A DNA stretch of 64,000 nucleotides from an uncultured bacterium (GTDB lineage Bacteria > CAYJRR01): contig CAYJRR010000006.1 of NCBI GenBank assembly GCA_964372275.1, forward strand, positions 1 to 64,000, read 5' to 3'. Positions 18,283 through 27,041 of this stretch are shown piece by piece. Below the pieces are notes generated by a model, which saw nothing but the letters and a program-made list of their open reading frames with translations, made no database searches and was not told the origin of the DNA. How positions within the stretch are numbered: the first letter of the stretch is position 1; the number at the start of each line of letters is the position of its first letter. Position numbers and translations under genes: made by a program.

Positions 18283-19649
18283 ATCTTGTACTTCTCAATT
18301 CGGTAACGAAGAGTCGCACGGGTCAGCCCCAACAGCCGCGCGGCGCGCGTCTGGTTGTAGCGGGTCCGATCGAGCGACTGGATCACCAGGTCCTTCTCCA
18401 GCTCGTCGAGGCTGATCCCTTCCTCGGGGAGGATGAACTTCCGCGTGCCGTCGGCGGCGCGCGGTCCCGGCGCGTCGGTCTCGTGCAGCTCGCCGGGGAG
18501 GGAGTCGGCGCCGATCGTGTCGCCGTCGGTCAGGATCAGCGCCCGTTCGATCACGTTTTCGAGCTCGCGGATGTTCCCGTTCCAGCGGTAGCGGAGCAGG
18601 AGAGCTTGCGCGTCGCGGCCGATCTGGGTGACCGGTTTGCCCATCTCGCGGGCGTACTTCTTCATGAAGTGGCGCGCGAGCAGGAGAATGTCGGTCCCGC
18701 GTTCGCGGAGCGGCGGCAGGCGAACCGGGAAGACGTTCACCCGGTAGAAGAGATCCTCGCGGAACGATCCATCCTTCACCGCCTTCGCCAGGTCGCGGTT
18801 GGTCGCGCACAGGAAACGCACGTCGGCTTTGATCGGCTCGCGGCCGCCGACGCGCTGGAACTCCCGCTCCTGCAGGAGCCGCAGGATCTTGGCCTGCAGC
18901 GGCGCCGGCATGTCGCCGATCTCGTCGAGGAACAACGTGCCGCCGTTCGCCGCCTCCACTCGCCCCTCCCGGCGCCGGTCGGCGCCGGTGAAAGCGCCTT
19001 TCTCATGTCCGAACAGTTCGCTTTCGAGGAGGTTTTCGGGGATGGCGGCGCAGTTGATCGGTACGAACGGACCGCGGGCGCGCGGACTGTTGAAGTGGAT
19101 CGCGCGCGCCACGAGCTCCTTGCCGGTTCCGCTCTCGCCGAGGATCAGCGCGGTGGTGTCGGTCTTCGCCACCTCGCCGACCATCTTCAGCGCCTTCATC
19201 ATTTCTGGCGCTTCGCCGATCAGCTGGTGGAAGTCGTAGCGACCCTCGAGCTCCCGGCGCAGCGCCCGGTTCTCGGCGAGCACGCCGGCGAAGGTGAGCC
19301 CTTTGCGGACGGTGAGGAGAAGCGTCTCTTCCTCCACCGGCTTGGTCACGTAGTCGAAGGCGCCGGCGCGCATCGCGGAGACCGCGCTTTCGATCGAGCC
19401 GAAGGCGGTCGCGACCACCACCGGCACGTCGGTCATCTCCTCGCGGATCGCCTTGAGCAGCCCCATCCCGTCCATCCCCGGCATGGCGAGGTCGGTGAGG
19501 ACCAGGTCGGGCCGCCGGCTTCGTGCCAGCGCCAGCGCCTCCTCGCCGCCGCCCGCGGTCGCGATCTCCGCGTCGAGATCGGCGAGCAGCATCGAGAAGA
19601 CCTCGCGGAAGCGGGGCTCGTCGTCGACGATCAGCAGGTGGGGGCGCAT
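18276..19649 (-). CDS. Sigma54-dependent response regulator (NtrC/AtoC family)
   Basis: Receiver IVDDE...[23 protein letters not shown]; Fis [13 protein letters not shown]. Confidence 0.95.
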   Translation of the reverse strand: MRPHLLIVDDEPRFREVFSMLLADLDAEIATAGGGEEALALARSRRPDLVLTDLAMPGMDGMGLLKAIREEMTDVPVVVATAFGSIESAVSAMRAGAFDYVTKPVEEETLLLTVRKGLTFAGVLAENRALRRELEGRYDFHQLIGEAPEMMKALKMVGEVAKTDTTALILGESGTGKELVARAIHFNSPRARGPFVPINCAAIPENLLESELFGHEKGAFTGADRRREGRVEAANGGTLFLDEIGDMPAPLQAKILRLLQEREFQRVGGREPIKADVRFLCATNRDLAKAVKDGSFREDLFYRVNVFPVRLPPLRERGTDILLLARHFMKKYAREMGKPVTQIGRDAQALLLRYRWNGNIRELENVIERALILTDGDTIGADSLPGELHETDAPGPRAADGTRKFILPEEGISLDELEKDLVIQSLDRTRYNQTRAARLLGLTRATLRYRIEKYKIG

Positions 19650-19662
19650 GACAGACGAAAGT

Positions 19663-21180
19663 CTACAACGATCCCGAGTCGGACTCGGCGATCGGAAGGA
19701 GCACCGAGAAGGTGGTGCCGCGGCCGACCTCGGTATCCAGGAGCAATTCCCCCCCGTGCGCCCGGACGATCTGGTCGATCACCGCCAGCCCCAGACCCGA
19801 TCCGCGCTTCTTCGTCGTGAAGAACGGCTCGAAGAGGTGCGCGCGCACGTCGGGCGGGATGCCGGGACCGTCGTCTCGGACATCGAGCGCCAGCCTTCGA
19901 GCCGCGCGACGCACCCGGACCTCGATGCGGCCGGGCCGCGGCGGCACCTCGCCGCCGATCGCCTGCGAGGCGTTGTAGAGAAGGTTCAGAAGCAGCTGGT
20001 GGAGCTGGTCGGGGTCGGCGGCGGCCCGGGGCAGGGCGGGCTCCACCGCGAGCTCCGCCACGATCGCCGGGCGCCCCGATCCCGCCGCCGCGTCGCCGGC
20101 CGCGCCGTCCGCCGGGGTCGCGGCTGCCGCTGCGGCTCCCGCCGTCGTCTCCGGCGACGCGCGCCAGGCGTCGACGGCATGGCGCGCCACCTCTCCCAGG
20201 TCGGTCGGACGGATCTCGGGAGGTTTCGGGCGCGCGAAGTTGAGGAAATCGGTGACGTCGGCGTTGAGCCGGCGGACCTCTTCGACGATGAACTGCGCCG
20301 CCCGCTCCTTCATCTCCGGCGTACGCTTGGGGTTCGAAATCACCTGCGCGGAGGAGAGGATCACGCCGAGCGGATTGCGCAGCTCGTGGGCAATCACCGC
20401 GGTGAACTGTCCGAGCGTCGCCAGGCGCTCCTTGCGGCCCAGCTCGGCGTAGGTCTCGGCGAGCTTTCCGCGCGAGGCGCGAAGGGCATCGATCATCCGG
20501 TTGAACGAGCGTGCCAGCTCGGCGATCTCGTCGCCTCCGCCCTCCGGCACCTTCGTCTCCAGGTCTCCGGCCGCCACGGCGGCGGTGGCCCGGCCGAACG
20601 CCCGGAGCGGCCGCACGATGCGATCGGCGAGCCACATCGCCACCGCGGCGCCGAGCGCGGCGGCGGCCGCCGCCGCCCACCAGATCCGGCGCTGCACGTG
20701 CTCGAGCTCCCCTTCCAGCCGCCCGCGGCCGTACACCAGCCGCACGCGGCCGATCTCCCGTGGCGCCGCCGGCTCGACCGACGAGAGGAACGGCGCGAAG
20801 TCGTCGCTCACGGCGCGCTCCGTCGCCGCGTCGTAGACGACCGGCACGACGACCTCGCCGCCCAGGGCCTCGCGCGCGCCCACCGCCAGGACCGTCGCCC
20901 CTCGCGCGTTCACGATCTCGACCTTGCGCACGTCGGGCTCGGCCATCAGGTGCTCGGCCAGCTCCCGCAGCACCTCCCCGCTCTCGATGAAGACGCCGTG
21001 CGCCGCGTTGCGCGCGAGGTTGGCGGCGAGCGAGCCCATCGTCGACTCGAACTGCTCGGTCATCTCCCGCCGCGCCACCGCCGAGAAGATCGCCGCCCCC
21101 GCGACCGAGACCGCCGTGACCATCAAGGTCGCGGCCAGCGCCATCTGGAAGCGGAGGCTTCCGGCGGGAAGTCTCCTCAC
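19663..21180 (-). CDS. Membrane sensor histidine kinase with HAMP domain
   Basis: GTG 21180 overlaps the upstream stop; two TMs; IAHELRNPL H-box; NLLYNA, DDGPG, GSGLGL boxes. Confidence 0.93.
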   Translation of the reverse strand: MRRLPAGSLRFQMALAATLMVTAVSVAGAAIFSAVARREMTEQFESTMGSLAANLARNAAHGVFIESGEVLRELAEHLMAEPDVRKVEIVNARGATVLAVGAREALGGEVVVPVVYDAATERAVSDDFAPFLSSVEPAAPREIGRVRLVYGRGRLEGELEHVQRRIWWAAAAAAALGAAVAMWLADRIVRPLRAFGRATAAVAAGDLETKVPEGGGDEIAELARSFNRMIDALRASRGKLAETYAELGRKERLATLGQFTAVIAHELRNPLGVILSSAQVISNPKRTPEMKERAAQFIVEEVRRLNADVTDFLNFARPKPPEIRPTDLGEVARHAVDAWRASPETTAGAAAAAATPADGAAGDAAAGSGRPAIVAELAVEPALPRAAADPDQLHQLLLNLLYNASQAIGGEVPPRPGRIEVRVRRAARRLALDVRDDGPGIPPDVRAHLFEPFFTTKKRGSGLGLAVIDQIVRAHGGELLLDTEVGRGTTFSVLLPIAESDSGSL

Positions 21181-22157
21181 CGGATCTCCTGCACCTGGTC
21201 GGGGTCGTAGTCGGTGCGGATGCGGAGCTTCTGCGCCACGCGGTGGTTGACCCAGACCGTGACCTTCGCTGGAGGCTCGACGAACCCGAGACGCTCGACC
21301 TCCAGTCTGCGCGCGGCCTCCGCCGCCTGCCGTCCGGTCTGCGCGTAGTCGACTCCGAATGCCATCACCGCACCGTTGTCGACGAAGTACCAGTTGAAGC
21401 CGATCGCCGGGATCGCCGCCGCGAGCGACTCCTTGAGCAGGTAACCGATCGTTCCCTTGGTGATCACGGTGGCGTCCGGGACGAACAGCAGGGCCTGGAT
21501 CCGCGGCTTGGCCTTGCGGAAGGCCGACGGGACCTCCCCTTCGCCGCCGACCGGGATCGGAACGATCTTCAATCCCCGTTTCCGGCCCGGAAACTTCGCG
21601 GCGGCTGCGGCGACCAGGTCGTCGATCGCCGCCTGACCGGTGCGCGGGTCGAAGACCACGCCGACGCGCTCCACGTCGGGCAGCACCTCGGCGATCCACC
21701 GCAGTTGGACGCTTGCCGGGACGGCGGAGGCGAGCGTCACCACCGGCGCCGGCGCCGACTCGGGGCCCGAGTCGGGGGCGAGGGCCACCACGCGCGCGAC
21801 GTCGGGAAAGTGGTCCTTGGCGAATCGCGCCGCCTCCGATCCGATCGTCACCAGCACGCCCGGCTGCGCCCGGCGAACCGCCTCGATCGTCGACGGATCC
21901 GGCCGGGTCGTGATCGTCGCTTCGAGCGCAGGCGCGCGCCGTTCGCGGAAGCCGCGGGCCGCCTCTTCGTACGGTCCGATGGCGCCGGTCGCCGACGCGC
22001 TCTTGAGCAGGACGACGCGCTCTTCGGCGCGGACCGGTCCGGCGGACAGGAGCGCGGCGGTAGCGGTCAGGACGGCCGCGGCGATCCGGAGGGGTCCGGG
22101 GAGGCCCCCGGGAGAGCCCGAACGGGCGGACCGATGATTCGGCCGGCGGGCGCTCAA
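21177..22157 (-). CDS. Periplasmic ABC-type substrate-binding-like protein (orphan, no permease)
   Basis: Signal ending PVRA; LPDVERVGVVFDP and GAVMAFGVDYAQTGRQAA resemble the ABC_sub_bind family; start inferred (TTG overlapping the upstream TGA). Confidence 0.7.
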   Translation of the reverse strand: MSARRPNHRSARSGSPGGLPGPLRIAAAVLTATAALLSAGPVRAEERVVLLKSASATGAIGPYEEAARGFRERRAPALEATITTRPDPSTIEAVRRAQPGVLVTIGSEAARFAKDHFPDVARVVALAPDSGPESAPAPVVTLASAVPASVQLRWIAEVLPDVERVGVVFDPRTGQAAIDDLVAAAAAKFPGRKRGLKIVPIPVGGEGEVPSAFRKAKPRIQALLFVPDATVITKGTIGYLLKESLAAAIPAIGFNWYFVDNGAVMAFGVDYAQTGRQAAEAARRLEVERLGFVEPPAKVTVWVNHRVAQKLRIRTDYDPDQVQEIR

Positions 22158-24373
22158 AACCGCCCCTCCACCGTGACGGTGATCCGACGCCGATCGCCGG
22201 GAATCTCCACCGGGACGTTCCGGCCGGGCACGGCTTCGTTGCGATGCCAATAGTGGGTGTCGAACAGGTTGCGGACGTGGAGTCCGTACCCGAATCGCCA
22301 TCCCGGCGCGGAGACGCGAACGTTGGCATCGGTCACCACGTAGGCTCCGAGGCGCCCCTCGTGCGCCTCGCCTCGCGCCGCACGCCGGGAGACGGCGCGG
22401 TTCCCCGCGTAGAGGGAAAGCCAGCGTCGCGGCGAGACGGTCGCGCCGAGGACCGCCACGTGTTGCGGCGCGGACGGGAGCGGCCGGTCCCAGAGGTCCG
22501 GGATCTCCTCCGCCGTGCGGGCGAAGGTGTAGGCGCCATGGACCGAGAGGCGGGAGGTGGGGGCGAGGCTCCAGAGCGCTTCGATCCCCGCGGCATAGCG
22601 GCTGCCGCGGTTCACCGGACGGATCTCGCCTCCGGAGGCGGAGTCCTCGATCAGGTCCTCCGCCCGGCTGCCGAACAGCGCCATCGACACCGTCGCGATC
22701 GATCCGCGTCGGTAGTCGGCTCCGAGCTCGGCGGTGCGGATCTTCTCCGGGCGGAGATCCGGATTTCCGCGCACGGTGGAGACGTCGCCCGCCGCGCCGG
22801 CGCTCAAGCCGACGAGGTCGTAGGTGTCGGGGGTCCGTATCGCCTCGCCGTAGAGCGCCTTGGCGATCCAACCGGGCCTTACGCGGACGACCAGGCCCGC
22901 GCGTGGATTGACCGAGGGCTCGAACTCCGTCTGGTTGTCGTAGGAGGCGCCGACCGTCAGGCGCCATCGCTCCGCGAAGACGACGCGGTCCTCCGCGTGG
23001 ACCTGGATCACGCCGTTGACGAAGTGGCGGCGGAAGGCGTTGCTGCTCCGGGTTCCGGTCTGCGGATCGACGTAGTCGGTGGCCAGCGTGTTGCGGTTGC
23101 GCGCGAACAGGAGGCCGCCGGAGAGGGTGTGCCGGCCGACGGTACGCTCCAGGGTCGCGTCCACGCCGGCGTTCTCGCTCAACGCGCGGACGTCGATCTC
23201 GCCACCGAAGCGGTGGAGCGGCGCCCGGGCATAGAGAGGGTAGCGATCGTCGTGCAGGCTGCGCAGGTAGAACAGTCCGAAGCTCGCGCCACCGCGCTCG
23301 CGCGTCTCGGTCCAGGCGGCGCGGACCGACTGGACGGGCACGCGCCGGCGCTCGTTGCGATCCGGCTCCAGGAGGCTGTGCGAATAGCTGGAGAGACCGG
23401 AGCGGGAGTCGAAGTCGGACCATCGCCCCGTGACGGAGAACCGCTTCCAGCGGAACTTTCCGGTGGTCTCCACGAACCGCCGCGGTCCCGGCCGTCCGTC
23501 GCCGTCGACGCGTTCGGCGGAGGCGGGGATCGCCACCGGATCGATCCGGAGGTACTCGGCCGGCGTGCCGAGGTACCGGCGAGGCGGTCCGCTCTCGCTC
23601 GAGGCGCGTGCCGCAAGCGACCACTCGTGATCCGTTCCGCGGCTGCCGACGGCGGCCGCCGCGCCGCCGCGCACGGTCGTTTCGGTCGCGCCGACCTCGC
23701 CCCGAAGGCGCGCGCCGTCCAGGTCCCGTCCGTCTTCGGCGACGACGTTGACGATCCCGGTGAAGGCGTTCGCCCCCCACAGCGCCGTTCCCGGACCGCG
23801 GAGGACCTCCACGCGGCGCACGTTTTCGAGGGAGAGCTCCTCGCCGACCGGGAGGTCGTCACGCCCGGCATCGAAGACGAGCGGGACTCCGTCGTAGAGG
23901 ATCAGGATCGATTGCGGCAGACCCCGGGTGAGGACGACGTCGCGCCGCTCGTCGGGCTCCACGTAGAAGCCGGGGATGTCGGCGAGGAGCTCCGCGAGCG
24001 TGCGGTAGCCGCGGTCGCGGATCTCGCGCTCGCCGACGACCGCCACCAGGCCGGGGGCGTCTTCGATCCGCTCGGAGGAGCGGGTGATGCCGGCGATGGA
24101 GTCGTCGTCGGGGAGGAGGAGGAGTGGAGAGGTGGGGTCGAGGGTGGGGAAGGAGGGGAGAGTGGGCGGAGGGGGAGAAAGAGAAGGAGTAGGAGAAGGG
24201 GGAAGGGGAGAAGGAGAAGGAGAAGGAGAAGGAAAGGGAGAGGGAGTCGGAGTCGGAGTCGGAACGGAAGGTGAGGGGGGCGGGGGTGGGGCGGAGGTGG
24301 CGTGGGTGAGGGAGGGATCGGCGGACAGGCCGATCAGCGTGGCTAAAATCCCTGATCGGACGCGCAGTTTCAT
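22154..24373 (-). CDS. TonB-dependent outer-membrane receptor with Pro/Ser-rich N-terminal linker
   Basis: RVEVLRGPGTALWGANAFTGIVNV plug motif; NPDLRPEK; NLFD; C-terminal Phe. Confidence 0.93.
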   Translation of the reverse strand: MKLRVRSGILATLIGLSADPSLTHATSAPPPPPSPSVPTPTPTPSPFPSPSPSPSPLPPSPTPSLSPPPPTLPSFPTLDPTSPLLLLPDDDSIAGITRSSERIEDAPGLVAVVGEREIRDRGYRTLAELLADIPGFYVEPDERRDVVLTRGLPQSILILYDGVPLVFDAGRDDLPVGEELSLENVRRVEVLRGPGTALWGANAFTGIVNVVAEDGRDLDGARLRGEVGATETTVRGGAAAAVGSRGTDHEWSLAARASSESGPPRRYLGTPAEYLRIDPVAIPASAERVDGDGRPGPRRFVETTGKFRWKRFSVTGRWSDFDSRSGLSSYSHSLLEPDRNERRRVPVQSVRAAWTETRERGGASFGLFYLRSLHDDRYPLYARAPLHRFGGEIDVRALSENAGVDATLERTVGRHTLSGGLLFARNRNTLATDYVDPQTGTRSSNAFRRHFVNGVIQVHAEDRVVFAERWRLTVGASYDNQTEFEPSVNPRAGLVVRVRPGWIAKALYGEAIRTPDTYDLVGLSAGAAGDVSTVRGNPDLRPEKIRTAELGADYRRGSIATVSMALFGSRAEDLIEDSASGGEIRPVNRGSRYAAGIEALWSLAPTSRLSVHGAYTFARTAEEIPDLWDRPLPSAPQHVAVLGATVSPRRWLSLYAGNRAVSRRAARGEAHEGRLGAYVVTDANVRVSAPGWRFGYGLHVRNLFDTHYWHRNEAVPGRNVPVEIPGDRRRITVTVEGRF
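24110..24300. repeat. Purine-rich low-complexity tract (GGAGAA/GGAGTC units) encoding a (PS/PT)n linker
   Basis: Tandem ggagaa and ggagtc hexamers visible; in frame within the TonB receptor gene. Confidence 0.8.
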
Positions 24374-24395
24374 CCCCCTCGGAGCATATCATCCA

Positions 24396-24408
24396 GGGTG
24401 GCGCAAAT
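24396..24408. promoter_or_regulatory. Second copy of the GGGTGGCGCAAAT box, upstream of the TonB receptor operon
   Basis: Exact 13-bp match to 18264-18276; related GTGGCTAAAATC at 24339-24350. Confidence 0.55.
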
Positions 24409-24551
24409 GGAGCGGGGCGGGGCGGAGAATCGTCGGCTTCGGGAAGAGTTTGCAAGGGGCGGGCGAAGCGGACGGGGCGTCGCCGTGGGGGCGGGGGGAG
24501 GGCGGTCGGTTTCGTTGCGGGGGTGGGGGAAGTTCGATAGAGGTCGCGGGG

Positions 24552-25139
24552 ATGGGCGGGCGACTCCGAGTGTTGGACGACGACGGCGCGTCGGCGGACG
24601 AAGCGAGGCCGGCGCCGATCCCGCCGACGGTCGAGATCCTCGACGGTGACGTTCTCTATCGCGAGTGGGTGCCGGGCCCGGTGACGGCGGTCGGCTGGGC
24701 CCTTTCGGTTCTCCTCTCCGCCGTCCTCCTCGCGACGGGGGGCGCGCTGGCGACGCTCGGTGGCGGGTCGACGGTGCTCGGGCTTGCGCTGGCGGCCCTC
24801 GGAGTTGCGGGGCTCGTCACGGCGGTCTGCTTCCGCGGTCTGCGCATCGTCGTCGACCGACACGGGATCGCCTGGTGCTTCGGGCTTTTCCGACGGCGGT
24901 ATGCGCACGGCGAGATCACGATGTTCCGCGAGCGCGACTTCGCGTTCCATCGGGCCGGGGTCGGCGGATGGGGGATCGGCCGCGCCGTCGACGGCGTCGA
25001 CGAGTACCAGGTATGGGGGGCGAACGGAACGGCGCTCGACCTGGTCGTTCGGCGGAACGACGTCACCCGCCATTACCTGATCTCGACCGCCGCGCCCGGC
25101 CGGCTGACCGCCGCCCTCGTGCGCGCGCACCGGGGATAG
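24552..25139 (+). CDS. Small membrane protein (two TM helices plus cytoplasmic domain)
   Basis: Start reassigned to ATG 24552 with GAGG upstream; two hydrophobic helices; GGWGIG motif. Confidence 0.65.
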   Translation: MGGRLRVLDDDGASADEARPAPIPPTVEILDGDVLYREWVPGPVTAVGWALSVLLSAVLLATGGALATLGGGSTVLGLALAALGVAGLVTAVCFRGLRIVVDRHGIAWCFGLFRRRYAHGEITMFRERDFAFHRAGVGGWGIGRAVDGVDEYQVWGANGTALDLVVRRNDVTRHYLISTAAPGRLTAALVRAHRG

Positions 25140-25145
25140 GGCCCG

Positions 25146-27041
25146 CTACTCGCGCTTGCTCAGCACGGCGCGCACCGTGCGGGTCTGCCCGTCACGGACG
25201 AAGCCGACCTCGACTTCGTCTCCCGGCTTGAACTTGCGGAGCGCGAAGGTGAGGTCGTGGAGGTTGGCGACCGTCACGTCGCCGAACTTCACGATCCGAT
25301 CGCCGCCGGCCAGTCCCGCCTTCTCGGCCGGGCTGCCGGCGCGGACGCCGGTGATCGGCACGCCGGGCAGCTCGCTTTCGGTGAAATCGGGGACCGATCC
25401 GAAGTAGGCGCCGTAGCCGCCGGTCGATCCGGTCTGTCCGAAGGCGTGCGGGATCGAGGTGGAGGGGACGAACGTCGGCCGACCGTCGCGGTTGGCGAGG
25501 GCGATGGCCACCCGTTTCACCAGGCGCGCCACGGAGGCCAGACCGTCGGCGTCGATCCGATCGGCGTCGTCGGTGGTCCGGTGGTAGTCGGCGTGCGCGC
25601 CGGTGAAAAAGTGGAGGACCGGGATCCCTTTTCCGTAGAACGCCGTCTGATCGGAGGGTCCGTAGCCGTCCCCCCGCGCCGTGATCTCGAGCGTCTCGGT
25701 GTTGGCCGTCCGCAGGATCTCGGAGAACTCGGCGGCGGTGTCGGCGCCGAATGCGACCAGCTTCCGGTCGCGCATCCTCCCGACCATGTCCATGTTCAGC
25801 ATGGCGGCGATCCTCTCCAGCGGCCAGGTCGGGTGCCCGACGTACCAGGAGCTTCCTCCCAGGCCCGCCTCCTCCGCCGAGAAGGCGATGAAGACGATCG
25901 ACCTCCGCGTCGGGACGCCGGAAGACGCGATGGCGCGCGCGATGGCGAGAAGGGCGGAGGTGCCGGACGCGTTGTCGTCGGCCCCGTTGTGCGGCGTTCC
26001 GGCACGATTGGGGTCGAGAGAGTCGCGACCGCCCATCCCGATGTGGTCGTAGTGCGCGCCGATCACGATCGCCTCGTGTTGGAGCGACGCGTCCCGTCCG
26101 GCAAGCACACCGACGACGTTCCGCGTCGAGAGTCGCCGCTTGGCCAGGTCGACGGTGATGCCGATCGATCCGGGGAGGAGCTTCGACGACGGCCTCCCCC
26201 CCTCCGCGAGCACGCGCTCGGCCGCGAGAAGCCCGTCCGCACCGCCGAACAGCGCCGCCGCCGGCTCGCGGCGCAGGTGCACCGCCGGGATGCCGGCGAA
26301 GGAGACGCCGCCATCGGGGTCGAGCGCGAGGAGCAGGTCCTCGTCCCCCTCGTGCGGCAGCGCGTCGTTCACCAGCACCATCCCGACCGCGCCGTGGACT
26401 CGGGCGTTGATCGCCTTCACCCGCAGCTCCGCGTAGCGCGTCAGGTCGGCGCCGCCGAAGACGCTCTTCGGATCCTTCTCCCCGGGTTCGTGGCGGAGGA
26501 CGACGGCGATCTTCCCGGTGACGTCGACGCCGGCGTAGTCGTCCCAGCCGAGCTCCGGCGCCGTGATCCCGTACCCGACGAAGACGGCGGGGGCGTGCAC
26601 CGATCCGCTGTCGGAGAATTCGAGCGGTCGCCAGTCGCGGTCGATCGCCAGCACCGACGCCTTCCCCTCGAACGCGCTCCGTTTCGGGTCGGACACGTTC
26701 CGTGCCGCGCCGACCAGCGCCAGCGCATTCCGGCTGCCGAGCTGCACGCCGACCGTCATGTCGAACGGTTGGAACCAGGATCCGTCCGGTCCTCCGGGGG
26801 CCAGACCGGCGCGCCGCATCTCGTCGGCGACGTACTCCCCCGACGCATCGAGGCCGCGCGTGCCGAGACCGCGCCCTTCCATCAGATCCGACGCGAGGAT
26901 CCGGACGTGGTGCGCCACCTGGTCGGCGGAGATCCCCTCCGGCGACGCCGGCCGCGCCGGCCCGGCCGGCGGTCGGCAGCCCGGCGCGAGCGTGAGCGAC
27001 AGCGCGGCAGCGACGGCGATCCCGGGTCGGAGCGTCGCCAT
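25146..27041 (-). CDS. M28 family aminopeptidase lipoprotein with PA and PDZ domains
   Basis: Lipobox-like [42 protein letters not shown]-terminal [12 protein letters not shown]. Confidence 0.93.
   Translation of the reverse strand: MATLRPGIAVAAALSLTLAPGCRPPAGPARPASPEGISADQVAHHVRILASDLMEGRGLGTRGLDASGEYVADEMRRAGLAPGGPDGSWFQPFDMTVGVQLGSRNALALVGAARNVSDPKRSAFEGKASVLAIDRDWRPLEFSDSGSVHAPAVFVGYGITAPELGWDDYAGVDVTGKIAVVLRHEPGEKDPKSVFGGADLTRYAELRVKAINARVHGAVGMVLVNDALPHEGDEDLLLALDPDGGVSFAGIPAVHLRREPAAALFGGADGLLAAERVLAEGGRPSSKLLPGSIGITVDLAKRRLSTRNVVGVLAGRDASLQHEAIVIGAHYDHIGMGGRDSLDPNRAGTPHNGADDNASGTSALLAIARAIASSGVPTRRSIVFIAFSAEEAGLGGSSWYVGHPTWPLERIAAMLNMDMVGRMRDRKLVAFGADTAAEFSEILRTANTETLEITARGDGYGPSDQTAFYGKGIPVLHFFTGAHADYHRTTDDADRIDADGLASVARLVKRVAIALANRDGRPTFVPSTSIPHAFGQTGSTGGYGAYFGSVPDFTESELPGVPITGVRAGSPAEKAGLAGGDRIVKFGDVTVANLHDLTFALRKFKPGDEVEVGFVRDGQTRTVRAVLSKRE

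Noticed and set aside
24110-24300. GA-rich tandem repeats as a CRISPR array or non-coding repeat
   Set aside because: No repeat-spacer structure; hexamer units are in-frame coding for Pro/Ser
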